Assembly: GCA_020053105.1 (NCBI GenBank)
Contig: JAGVNU010000076.1
Location: 8,005-72,004, forward strand
From: Thermodesulfovibrionia bacterium
GTDB lineage: Bacteria > Nitrospirota > Thermodesulfovibrionia > UBA6902
DNA: 64,000 nucleotides
Direction of reading: 5' to 3'
In this document: positions 47,868 to 56,778 of the stretch, in pieces
Layout of the letters: each line of letters starts with the position of its first letter
Numbering within the stretch: the first letter of the stretch is position 1
The notes under the pieces: model-generated
Seen by the model: only the letters and a program-made list of their open reading frames with translations
The model's database searches: none
What the model was told of the DNA's origin: nothing
Translations under genes and position numbers: made by a program

Positions 47868-47951
47868 GCTTGTTAGTTTTTATCTAACCAGCGGTACCGG
47901 GCTTATTAAGCCGTGTTGACGATAGCCGCTGACTTAGCTACTCCCCTTTAC
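47858..47951 (-). promoter_or_regulatory. yybP-ykoY (Mn2+) riboswitch
   Basis: The minus strand reads AAAGGGGAGUAGC...CGUCAACACGG-hairpin-...GUUAGauaaaaaCUAACAAGCAAGACCUUU. The segments AAAGGGGAGUAGC and GCAAGACCUUU match the conserved yybP-ykoY ends as I remember them. The downstream genes (UPF0016, P-type ATPase) are typical regulated cargo. Confidence 0.8.
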
Positions 47952-48053
47952 TAGTCTATGTTATAGCTAATATACAGTAATATGTCAAGCCTTCCGGTCC
48001 CGATTCAGTTTTATTACAATTCCAAATAGTTTTATATTGGAGCAATATTTTGT

Positions 48054-48082
48054 TTGACAGTATGGTAAGCACTATGCTAAAT
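48054..48082 (+). promoter_or_regulatory. Candidate sigma-70 promoter for fhs
   Basis: TTGACA-N17-CTAAAT. It implies a hairpin-rich leader of about 165 nt. Confidence 0.45.
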
Positions 48083-48254
48083 TGTTAAACTTCCACTGTT
48101 ATATGCAGTTTTAAAACCTCAAAACGCATATAGGTAATCTTTACAGGGTAGATTATTCAGGAAGAGCCATATTCACTGATCTTCAAATTGATAAATCAAG
48201 AGGTTTATCCCCCAAATTACGGGGTAGACAATATCTAAAAAGGAGGATGTAAAA

Positions 48255-50018
48255 ATGCCGTATGATGCAACGAAATTAGCCGACTGGCAGATATCCGAAG
48301 AAGCTGAAAAGAATATGCCTACCGCCGAAGAGTGGCGGGAGAAGCTCGGCCTTCAGAAGGACGAGATGCTACCGATGGGCCGCCTCGCCAAGATAGATTT
48401 CCTGAAGGTCATCAATCGTCTAAAGGACAGGCCTGACGGCAAATACATAGAAGTGACTGCCATTACCCCTACCCCCCTCGGCGAAGGTAAGAGCACCACG
48501 TCATGCGGCCTGATGGAGGGCCTCGGCAAAAGGGGCGTCAACGTAGGCGGCGCTCTGAGGCAGCCTTCCGGCGGACCGACTATGAACGTAAAAGGGACCG
48601 CTGCCGGAGGCGGGAACTCCCTTCTTATCCCTATGACCGAATTCTCTCTGGGGCTTACCGGCGACATTAACGACATCATGAACGCCCATAACCTTGCGAT
48701 GGTCGCACTGACATCGAGGATGCAGCATGAGCGTAACTACACCGACGAGCAGCTGGAAAGGCTCACAAAAATGAGGCGGCTTGATATCGACCCTACCCGT
48801 GTCGAGATGGGCTGGATCATGGACTTTTGCGCACAGAGCCTCCGCAATATCATCATCGGAATCGGCGGCAGGACAGACGGCTTCATGATGCAGTCGAAGT
48901 TCGGAATCGCAGTTGGTTCCGAGTGCATGGCGATCCTTTCCGTTGCCAATGACCTCGCTGATCTGAAACAACGCCTGAACAACATCACCGTTGCCTTTGA
49001 CAAAAGCGGCAAGCCGGTCACGACAGGAGATCTCGAAGTCGGAAACGCAATGGCCGCCTTTATGCGCAATACCATTAACCCAACGCTTATGTGCACTGCC
49101 GAATACAACCCCTGCTTTGTCCATGCAGGACCATTCGCCAACATCGCAGTGGGTCAGTCCTCCATTATCGCAGACCGCGTCGGCCTGAAATTATTCGATT
49201 ACCATGTCACTGAGTCCGGGTTTGCAGCCGACATCGGTTTTGAAAAATTCTGGAACGTCAAGAGCCGCTTCAGCGGTCTGAAGCCCCATGTATCAGTGCT
49301 CACAACCACTGTCCGCGCCCTGAAGATGCACGGCGGAGGGCCGAAAGTCGTGGCAGGCAAGGCATTGCCTGAAGAGTACACAAAGGAAAATCTCGGGCTT
49401 GTCGAAAAGGGCTGCGTAAACATGGTCCATATGATAAACGTCATCAGGAAGTCCGGCATAAACCCGGTTGTCTGCGTCAACCGTTTTTATACCGATACGG
49501 ACGCTGAAGTGGCGGTCGTCAAAAAGGCTGCAGAGGCCGCGGGCGCCCGCTGCGCCGAATCCCAGCACTGGCTCAAGGGCGGCGATGGAGCGCTCGAGCT
49601 TGCCGATGCCGTCATCGACGCATGCAACGACAAAAACGACTTCAAGTTCCTCTACCCGATCGAGATGAAGCTGCGCGACCGCGTTGCCTTGATCGCAAAG
49701 GAAGTTTACGGAGCCGACGGAGTCTCCTGGCTGCCCGAAGCGGAAGCAAAGGCCAAGATGCTCGAAAGCGACCCCAAGTACGCAGACTATGCGACTATGA
49801 TGGTCAAGACGCATCTGAGCCTTTCTCACGATCCAGCGGTCAAAGGCGTCCCGAAAGGCTGGACCCTGCCGATCAGGGACGTCCTGATTTACTCCGGCGC
49901 TAAATTCCTTTGTCCGTGCGCAGGCACGATCAGCCTCATGCCCGGAACAAGCTCAAACCCTGCCTTCAGAAGGATTGACGTGGACGTGAATACCGGAAAG
50001 GTAAGCGGATTGTTCTAA
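48255..50018 (+). CDS. fhs: Formate--tetrahydrofolate ligase
   Basis: 587-aa [15 protein letters not shown] and the overall sequence are typical Fhs. AGGAGG Shine-Dalgarno. The gene is markedly GC-rich. Confidence 0.93.
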   Translation: MPYDATKLADWQISEEAEKNMPTAEEWREKLGLQKDEMLPMGRLAKIDFLKVINRLKDRPDGKYIEVTAITPTPLGEGKSTTSCGLMEGLGKRGVNVGGALRQPSGGPTMNVKGTAAGGGNSLLIPMTEFSLGLTGDINDIMNAHNLAMVALTSRMQHERNYTDEQLERLTKMRRLDIDPTRVEMGWIMDFCAQSLRNIIIGIGGRTDGFMMQSKFGIAVGSECMAILSVANDLADLKQRLNNITVAFDKSGKPVTTGDLEVGNAMAAFMRNTINPTLMCTAEYNPCFVHAGPFANIAVGQSSIIADRVGLKLFDYHVTESGFAADIGFEKFWNVKSRFSGLKPHVSVLTTTVRALKMHGGGPKVVAGKALPEEYTKENLGLVEKGCVNMVHMINVIRKSGINPVVCVNRFYTDTDAEVAVVKKAAEAAGARCAESQHWLKGGDGALELADAVIDACNDKNDFKFLYPIEMKLRDRVALIAKEVYGADGVSWLPEAEAKAKMLESDPKYADYATMMVKTHLSLSHDPAVKGVPKGWTLPIRDVLIYSGAKFLCPCAGTISLMPGTSSNPAFRRIDVDVNTGKVSGLF

Positions 50019-50032
50019 GATCGATTTCTCTT

Positions 50033-50078
50033 ACAGCCCCTGTTCAGACACTGACAGGGGCTGTTAATTTTATTTTTG
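50033..50078 (+). terminator. Rho-independent terminator after fhs
   Basis: ACAGCCCCTGT-N10-ACAGGGGCTGT is followed by TAATTTTATTTTT. Confidence 0.8.
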
Positions 50079-50157
50079 ACTCAGTCGGCAACAGATCTTT
50101 AACGCTGTAATATAAATGAATTCTCCTTATATACGCTAACACGGAGCTATTTTCTTT

Positions 50158-50700
50158 ATGGTCAGGAATCTCCCCAATTTATTGACACTTGCGAGGATAT
50201 TACTTTTACCTTTTTTCGTTGTAACGCTGATATACAACCAATATCGATATGCCCTGATCATCTTTATAGCAGCATCAGTTACAGACATCCTTGACGGGTT
50301 TATTGCGAGGATAACAAATCAGATAACGGATTTCGGAAAAATACTGGACCCTGTTGCCGACAAATTTTTTTTAGTGACTTCATTTATACTAATGAGCAAT
50401 ATAGGATTGATTCCCAAGTGGCTGTCTATTATAGTCATCAGTAAGGATCTTATAGTAGTCACCGGGTCTGTTATACTTTATTTTGTAACGCATAAATTGA
50501 ATATTGAGCCCAGTATTTTAGGGAAAGCGGCAAGCGCCAGTCAGTTCTCTCTGGTGGGACTAATTCTTTTATACAGTAATCTGGGTGAGGCAGAGACTTT
50601 TCCCTTGCCGGTATTTTCTATAGTTGCAGTGGTCACCGCATTGGCGGGTCTCCAATACGTTTTTAAGGGCCTTAAAATAGCAAACAGCGAAAATTCATAG
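50158..50700 (+). CDS. pgsA: CDP-diacylglycerol--glycerol-3-phosphate 3-phosphatidyltransferase
   Basis: 180-aa ORF with the CDP-alcohol phosphatidyltransferase motif DILDGFIAR...GKILDPVADK. Confidence 0.85.
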   Translation: MVRNLPNLLTLARILLLPFFVVTLIYNQYRYALIIFIAASVTDILDGFIARITNQITDFGKILDPVADKFFLVTSFILMSNIGLIPKWLSIIVISKDLIVVTGSVILYFVTHKLNIEPSILGKAASASQFSLVGLILLYSNLGEAETFPLPVFSIVAVVTALAGLQYVFKGLKIANSENS

Positions 50701-50724
50701 GCGCCTTTTAAGAATTATTAAATA

Positions 50725-52011
50725 ATGCATGCAATAATAAATAACATTACGGAAAATTCCATTGCAGATGAAATAGGCCTTGAAAAGGGAGACATGCTTC
50801 TGACTCTTAATGGCCACCCGGTAAGGGACGTCATAGATTACATGTTCCACTCCAAAGACGATGTCCTTGAAATAAAAGTCCAGCGCGGCAAAAAAACCAA
50901 TACTTTCAAAACAAAGAAAATTGAGGGTGTTCCTCTGGGTATTGAATTAAAATCTTTCAGAACAAAAGCCTGCAGAAATAAATGCATGTTCTGTTTCGTC
51001 AACCAGCTCCCCAAAAACATGAGAAAAACCCTGTATCTGAAAGACGATGATTATCGAATGTCTTTTCTCTTCGGTAATTACATAACCCTTACGAACCTGT
51101 CATCAGAGGACAGGAAACGTATTATAGAGCAGAAACTCAGTCCTTTATACATCTCTGTTCATACGACCAATAACGAGATCAGGCGGAAAATGCTCGGCAA
51201 TCAAAAAGCGCCTGATATTATGAAGGAGATTCAGGACCTTACGTCAAACAGAATCAGACTTCATGTTCAGATAGTTTTATGCCCCGGATTAAACGATGGG
51301 GAAGAGCTTTCCAGCACAATTAAAGACCTGCAGAAATTTTATCCCTATGTGGCATCCATAGCAGTCGTGCCCGTAGGTCTTACGCGCCACAGAAAAAGCA
51401 TTCTCAGGCCTGTTGAAAAAAATGACGCCTTGAAAGTCATCGAAGAGGTCAAAAAGTTCAGGCAGAGATGCAGCAGACGCCACGGCGACCCGATTGTACA
51501 CCTCGCCGATGAATTTTATATTAAAGCAGGAGCTGTCTTCCCCCCTGTTAAAGAATATGGAGACCTCCCCCAGATAGAAAACGGAGTGGGCCTGGTCCCT
51601 GTCTTTTTACATTCTGCAAAAAAAATAAAACTGCCAAAAAAAATCGAGCCCGTAAAGGCAGCTGTCATAACAGGCGCGTCGTTCATGCCTTACCTCGAAG
51701 AATTTGCCAAAAAGTTAAATACAATCGAGGGACTCAGTCTCGAAGTATTTAAAGTGGAAAATAGATTCTTTGGTCCTTCCGTGACAGTGACCGGGCTTCT
51801 CACAGGAAAAGATATTTTAAAAACAATTGTCGGCAGGACAAAAGCCGACTGCCTGCTGGTGCCGAATGTCACTCTCAGGGAAGGCTCCGATATGTTTCTC
51901 GACAACGTCACGCTGAAAGACATGGAGGAGAGCCTTGGAATGCGTGTTAAGACAATCGAACCTACGCCGGAAGGGCTTTTAAGAGGGATAACAGATGGAT
52001 GTATGCGGTAA
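50725..52011 (+). CDS. PDZ + radical-SAM-like + DUF512 protein
   Basis: 428-aa ORF with an N-terminal PDZ-like segment and the cluster CRNKCMFC. The DUF512-type C-terminal half is assigned from memory. Confidence 0.7.
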   Translation: MHAIINNITENSIADEIGLEKGDMLLTLNGHPVRDVIDYMFHSKDDVLEIKVQRGKKTNTFKTKKIEGVPLGIELKSFRTKACRNKCMFCFVNQLPKNMRKTLYLKDDDYRMSFLFGNYITLTNLSSEDRKRIIEQKLSPLYISVHTTNNEIRRKMLGNQKAPDIMKEIQDLTSNRIRLHVQIVLCPGLNDGEELSSTIKDLQKFYPYVASIAVVPVGLTRHRKSILRPVEKNDALKVIEEVKKFRQRCSRRHGDPIVHLADEFYIKAGAVFPPVKEYGDLPQIENGVGLVPVFLHSAKKIKLPKKIEPVKAAVITGASFMPYLEEFAKKLNTIEGLSLEVFKVENRFFGPSVTVTGLLTGKDILKTIVGRTKADCLLVPNVTLREGSDMFLDNVTLKDMEESLGMRVKTIEPTPEGLLRGITDGCMR

Positions 52012-52831
52012 GACTAAAATAACAGGCATCTTCGGATATCCGATAGAACACACACTTTCGCCCTTAATGCATAACGCTGCCTTTAAGGCGCTTAATCTCG
52101 ACATATGTTATGTCGCATTTAAAGTATTGCCTGAGGCTTTGCCGCAGGCGGTCCAGGCGATTCGCAGTTTAAACATGCTCGGAGTCAACATTACCGTTCC
52201 CCATAAAGAGAAGGTCATATCTCTGCTTGATAAAGTAAATGAAGAAGCATCATTCATAGGTGCGGTTAATACTGTTACTAATAAAGAAGGAATTCTGACC
52301 GGTTTCAATACAGACGGAAGAGGATTTCTGAGTTCATTAACAGAAGAAGGCATTTCCATCGAAGGGAAAAACATCTTAATAATCGGCGCCGGTGGGGCAT
52401 CGAGGGCCATCAGCTTTTACCTGAGTGAAAAGGCATCGGCACTGTCTCTGTTTGATACAGACAGACCCAAGGCACAGAAACTTGTAAATGACCTCAACCT
52501 GATACGCGGCAATGTCAGTTTAGTAAATAATATAGAGGACACGCCACTACCTGATATTGTTATAAATGCAACCCCTCTCGGACTTAAACCAGATGACCCC
52601 CTTCCCTTCAATCCCGAATTAATTACGTCCAAAATGGTCGTATGCGACCTGGTTTATAAAAAAACCGGCCTTTTGAACGTGGCTGAACAAAGGGGGGCGA
52701 AGATTATTGACGGCTCAGGCATGCTGTTATGGCAGGGGGTCCTTGCATTTGAACTCTGGACCGGGATAAAGCCTCCTGTTGATATTATGCGTAATATGCT
52801 TCTTTCAAAAATAAGAGTCGTTTCAACATAG
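51995..52831 (+). CDS. aroE: Shikimate dehydrogenase
   Basis: GIFGYPIEHTLSPLMHNAAF, NITVPHK and GAGGASRA are present. It overlaps the previous gene by 17 nt. Confidence 0.9.
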   Translation: MDVCGKTKITGIFGYPIEHTLSPLMHNAAFKALNLDICYVAFKVLPEALPQAVQAIRSLNMLGVNITVPHKEKVISLLDKVNEEASFIGAVNTVTNKEGILTGFNTDGRGFLSSLTEEGISIEGKNILIIGAGGASRAISFYLSEKASALSLFDTDRPKAQKLVNDLNLIRGNVSLVNNIEDTPLPDIVINATPLGLKPDDPLPFNPELITSKMVVCDLVYKKTGLLNVAEQRGAKIIDGSGMLLWQGVLAFELWTGIKPPVDIMRNMLLSKIRVVST

Positions 52832-52962
52832 CATTAAAGACCAATTATCATTTCTAATAATCAGTAACGCTAATAAACCTCTATACTTTCATTGCGTTGT
52901 CAAAAGATTTTTCTCATAATCATTCAGAAAGGCGAATCGGCATAGTACACAAAAAAAAAACA

Positions 52963-53045
52963 GGTGCTGATCAGTTGAGGGGACATGGTTTAAGTTTGTT
53001 TGGGCTCTCGTTAGGCGGGAAAACTTATAACCAAAGATCAGCACC
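52963..53045. repeat. Structured repeat unit 1 (83 nt rod-like hairpin)
   Basis: The closing stem is GGTGCTGATC/GATCAGCACC and the inner helix is GGTTTAAGTTT/AAACTTATAACC. The loops are G-rich. A10 lies immediately 5' and a T-rich tract lies 3'. Confidence 0.75.
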
Positions 53046-53062
53046 CATTTTCTTATTTAAGA

Positions 53063-53150
53063 GGATGCTGACCTTTATTGAGGGGACATGGTTTAAGTTT
53101 ATGTGGGCTCTCGTTTTAGGCGGGAAAACTTATACCAAAGGTCAGCATCC
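53063..53150. repeat. Structured repeat unit 2 (88 nt)
   Basis: It has the same core as unit 1, about 90% identical by eye. The closing stem is changed on both sides to GGATGCTGACC/GGTCAGCATCC. Confidence 0.75.
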
Positions 53151-53627
53151 AAGCTCTTATTTATGTATTATTCAAAGTATTTTGCTAAGTCCGTTCCTCC
53201 GAGAATAAAACCTGTATTTTTAAGCTGTTAGCCTTGCATTGCTATTTCAATTTATTACTAAATTTGTATCGGTTTTATTTCTTATGAATTATCTTACCAT
53301 TTTATTTTCCTTAAGGCAACCCCCTAGTTTATTTTTCCAGTCCCCTGCTCTTTTTCCTGAGCTAACTACCAGAAATACCACAAGAACCATAGCAAATCAC
53401 TTCTGGAAGATTCTTTTTCAAATTTCGACTTGTGCAAGTTTGTGATATCTTCATGTTTGATTTACAGCTGATTGGTGAGCGAAGAAAAGAAAAATAAATA
53501 AAGGGCGCTGACCAGGTTCGGGGGACACGTAACGCATAGATTTTTTGCAGTGATAAACCTTTTACCCAGTGGTGAGCATACTATGATCGCTATATACAAT
53601 CCAGGAATAAAGAAGCTACCAACATAG

Positions 53628-54275
53628 TTATACCGATGTCAGCCCTTCGCGAATCGCATACTTGGTCAGTTCTGCAACATTGCGGATATTTAATTTGCCC
53701 ATGACCTGCCTGCGATGTGATTCTATGGTTTTCGCACTTACGTGCAGATCGGTCGCAATCTGCTTTGTTGATTTTCCTTCAGATATAAGCTGAAGAACTT
53801 CGCGTTCCCTTTCAGTCAACAGAGAAAACGCCTTGCGGCTTGACTGGGTTGTCTGATTTACAAGACTTTCCACAACAAGGCTGGCTATCTGCGGGTTGAT
53901 ATACGTTTTCCCCTCCATAACAATACGCACAGCATGCTCAAGTTCATCAAAGGCGCTGTCTTTGATCAAATAGCCTGATGCGCCGGCCTTGAATATTTCT
54001 GATACAAACTGCTTATCATAATGCATTGACAGGGCGATGATCTTGACATTAGGATAGTCGGCAATAATTTTACGGGTCGCATCGATTCCGTTCAAGTCGG
54101 GCATGCTTATATCCATAATAACAACATCAGGTGAAAGTTCCCTGACCAAACTTATGGCCGTCCTTCCATCGGCAGCTTCCCCAACGACTTCCATATCGTC
54201 ATACACCTTTAGAAGGGAGCAAATACCATCACGAAGAATTTTGTGATCATCTACCAATAAAATCCTTGTCTTCAT
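53628..54275 (-). CDS. NarL/FixJ-family response regulator (REC + LuxR-type HTH)
   Basis: 215-aa ORF with ILLVDDH, VIMDISMPDLNG and a C-terminal LTEREREVLQLISEGKSTKQIA. Confidence 0.9.
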   Translation of the reverse strand: MKTRILLVDDHKILRDGICSLLKVYDDMEVVGEAADGRTAISLVRELSPDVVIMDISMPDLNGIDATRKIIADYPNVKIIALSMHYDKQFVSEIFKAGASGYLIKDSAFDELEHAVRIVMEGKTYINPQIASLVVESLVNQTTQSSRKAFSLLTEREREVLQLISEGKSTKQIATDLHVSAKTIESHRRQVMGKLNIRNVAELTKYAIREGLTSV

Positions 54276-54276
54276 A

Positions 54277-56640
54277 TTAACTCCTTATAGATACTTTATT
54301 ATCAAACATTAATGGAGCAACCAGAGTGACCCTGGTACCCCTGCCAGGGATGGATTTGATTTCAAATTGCCCGTTAATATGGTTCATTCTTTCACGTATG
54401 TTAAATAGTCCATAACCGTCGTAGTTGAGAGAGGGTTTGAAAAATCCGATCCCGTCATCTTCAAGGACAATGCGCAGGTTATTGGCTTCCTGGGTCATAA
54501 TGATGTTTGCCTTGGTTGCCTGAGCATGTTTCACAACATTAACCAGCAGCTCTCTTATTGCCTGAAAAAGGAAAAATCGCGTATTGTTGTTAAATGGCTT
54601 GTCCTGGCCATCATCTATTAATTCAATATCGAGCCCATGTTTTTCACGAAATTGATCAATGAGCCATTTAATGGCCTGGCTGAGCCCTAATTCGTACAGT
54701 ATAGGCGGACTAAGTTCAAAAGTCAATGTCCGTGTTTCTTTAATCGTCTGTTCAATTAGATGGAGGATCTCCCTGATATTATTTTTGAGTTCCTCAGAAG
54801 GTGCAGACTTGTTTAGAAGTCCGAGTTTGATTTTAGCAAGTGCGAGAGTCTGCCCAATGCAGTCATGCAGTTCCGTTGCGATGCGTCTTTTTTCATTTTC
54901 CTCAATCAAAGACAGCTGGGAGGTAAGCAATTGAAGCTGTTTTTGATAATCAAGAAGTTTTTTCTCTGCCGTCTTACGGACGCGGACCTCAACTTTAAGA
55001 TTTTTATTCGCCTCTAATAATTCACGGGCCCTCTCTCTCACGAGTCCTTCAAGCTGTTCATGATGTTTGAGTATATTTTCCTCTGTCCGCTTGCGTTCCG
55101 TGATGTCACGGTCAATTGCAAGAACGTAAGGATTTTCACCTATGTGAACAAGCTGGGCTGATACATCTACCGAAAAGCGTGATCCGTCTTTCCGGACATG
55201 CCTTCCTTCAAAAGTCACCTTTTCGCCGCCCTGCAGGCGAAGTGATCTTTCCATTATATGTTTAGCGCTGTCAGGGTCATCGAGAAATGCGATAGGCTGC
55301 CCGATCATTTCTTCCCTTGAATATCCGTGCATCATTAACGCAGCATCATTAGTATCTTCTATGATTAACCCGCCCTGTGTAAAAGACAAAAGAAAAATAC
55401 TGTCGGAAGCCTCATTGAAAAGTGTCCGGAACTTAGTCTCGCTTTTCTTGAGCGCATCCTCTGCCATCATACGCTCAGTCAGGTCCCTTATGATGCCGAT
55501 CATGCATATAGGCTGCCCATCGGAATCATTAACTATAAAAGCAGCTAACCATACCGGACACATTTTCCCATTTTTATGTTTGATTATTAATTCGCCGTCC
55601 CATTTTCCGTTCTTTTTTATTTCGGGCAATATTTCCCTTTCAGCAAACTCGGGGTCTGCGTTCATCACAGCAACATTTTCGCCGACTAATTCTTCATGAG
55701 AAAACCCGCAGATTTTTTCGACTGCACTATTAGAATAGAATATGTGTCCGTCAAGGTCTACTATCTGAACCCCATCCGGGGATTTTTCCACTATGTCGGA
55801 AAACAGCTTCAATTTTGCGGTACGTTCCTCTGTTATCTGCTCCAGTCGCTTGCGGTATTCTTCCAGCTCTTTTTCCGTCTGTATACGACTTGTTATGTCA
55901 CGGAATACAATAACAACCCCGTTTATATTACCTTTGTCGTTTTTAATCGGGGCTGAACTGAGTTCAATGGCCCTATTTATTTTTTGTGGAGAATGCAATA
56001 TGTAACTTGTCTGGGTAATTGTTAAACCTTCATTGATAATTTTACTTAAGGGGTCATCATCTTCCCTGCCCTTTTCGTCCGACATGATGCTGAAGATTTC
56101 CGCAAGATTCTTTTTTCTCGCGTTTTCGAGTTTCCATCCGGTCAAAGACTCTGCAAGAGGATTCATGAATATTATCAATCCCGTATTATCAGTGGAGATT
56201 ACCGCGTCATTTATACTGATGAGAGTTGTATAAAGCTGGGATTGGCTTGCTTTGAGCTTATTCTCCATTTCATGCTTGTAGAGGGCCAGTTCTATTGTCG
56301 CCTGCATTTCCCTGTCTTTAAAGGGTTTTACCAAATACCCGCAGCCCCCTGATTTTTTTGCCTGCTCAAGTATAGCCTCGTCAGTATATGCGGTCAGGTA
56401 TATGACTGGTATATCAAAGCTGGAGATTATCTCTTTGGCGGTTTCTATGCCGTCCCTTTCACCCTGCAATACAATATCCATAAGGACAAGGTCGATTTTT
56501 TTTGTTCTTACATATTCGATGGCTTCGCTTCCGGTGGCGGCAATTGACGGGACGATATATCCTAAATTGGTCAAGCTGGTCTTCAGGTCACTGGCGATTA
56601 TCCATTCATCTTCAACAATGAGAATTTCCGGTTTGGCCAT
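54277..56640 (-). CDS. REC-PAS(x3)-HisKA_3-HATPase sensor histidine kinase
   Basis: The N-terminus is a canonical receiver domain, followed by three PAS-like regions. The H-box is ATELHDCIGQTL and the C-terminus is an ATPase domain. I prefer the ATG at 56640; a TTG at 56661 is also open. Confidence 0.88.
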   Translation of the reverse strand: MAKPEILIVEDEWIIASDLKTSLTNLGYIVPSIAATGSEAIEYVRTKKIDLVLMDIVLQGERDGIETAKEIISSFDIPVIYLTAYTDEAILEQAKKSGGCGYLVKPFKDREMQATIELALYKHEMENKLKASQSQLYTTLISINDAVISTDNTGLIIFMNPLAESLTGWKLENARKKNLAEIFSIMSDEKGREDDDPLSKIINEGLTITQTSYILHSPQKINRAIELSSAPIKNDKGNINGVVIVFRDITSRIQTEKELEEYRKRLEQITEERTAKLKLFSDIVEKSPDGVQIVDLDGHIFYSNSAVEKICGFSHEELVGENVAVMNADPEFAEREILPEIKKNGKWDGELIIKHKNGKMCPVWLAAFIVNDSDGQPICMIGIIRDLTERMMAEDALKKSETKFRTLFNEASDSIFLLSFTQGGLIIEDTNDAALMMHGYSREEMIGQPIAFLDDPDSAKHIMERSLRLQGGEKVTFEGRHVRKDGSRFSVDVSAQLVHIGENPYVLAIDRDITERKRTEENILKHHEQLEGLVRERARELLEANKNLKVEVRVRKTAEKKLLDYQKQLQLLTSQLSLIEENEKRRIATELHDCIGQTLALAKIKLGLLNKSAPSEELKNNIREILHLIEQTIKETRTLTFELSPPILYELGLSQAIKWLIDQFREKHGLDIELIDDGQDKPFNNNTRFFLFQAIRELLVNVVKHAQATKANIIMTQEANNLRIVLEDDGIGFFKPSLNYDGYGLFNIRERMNHINGQFEIKSIPGRGTRVTLVAPLMFDNKVSIRS

Positions 56641-56778
56641 TACCAAATTCCTGTTAACCAATATATATATTTACATGAGGGCTTTTGTGAAATATTCTAT
56701 AAATAAATTGAATTGTTTTACAACTGACTCAGAAGATATTTATAAGGGTAGATTCTGGGGAGGAAAGATCTATGCTTC

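Noticed and set aside
47883-47945. An independent small RNA or sigma-32 promoter upstream of htpX, suggested by the long imperfect hairpin CUAAGUCAGCGG...CCGCUGGUUAG.
   Set aside because: It is better explained as the internal helices of the yybP-ykoY aptamer. No CTTGAAA/CCCCAT heat-shock promoter is visible.
48083-48254. A ZTP (pfl) or THF riboswitch upstream of fhs, which would be the expected context.
   Set aside because: I found no GGGUCGUGAC...CCGCCUGGGCA or THF-type conserved segments. Only generic hairpins are present.
48353-49903. Multiple 90-207-aa ORFs on both strands inside fhs.
   Set aside because: All overlap the strongly supported fhs frame. They are Arg/Pro/Ala-rich artefacts of high GC content.
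52985-53135. The tandem units could be read as a two-repeat CRISPR array, since the repeat core starts GTTTAAG... and ends ...GGGAAAAC.
   Set aside because: There are only two copies. The copies differ by substitutions and indels. The putative spacers pair with each other to form the closing stems. No cas genes or leader are present.
52897-53208. The 103-aa ORF (and the 68-aa ORF at 53239-53445) in the aroE / response regulator spacer as real genes.
   Set aside because: The ORF crosses both DNA repeats in different reading frames (GHGLSLFGLSLGGKTY against GTWFKFMWALVLGGKTY), so the repeat is not conserved as protein. It has a TTG start, no Shine-Dalgarno and low-complexity hydrophobic content.
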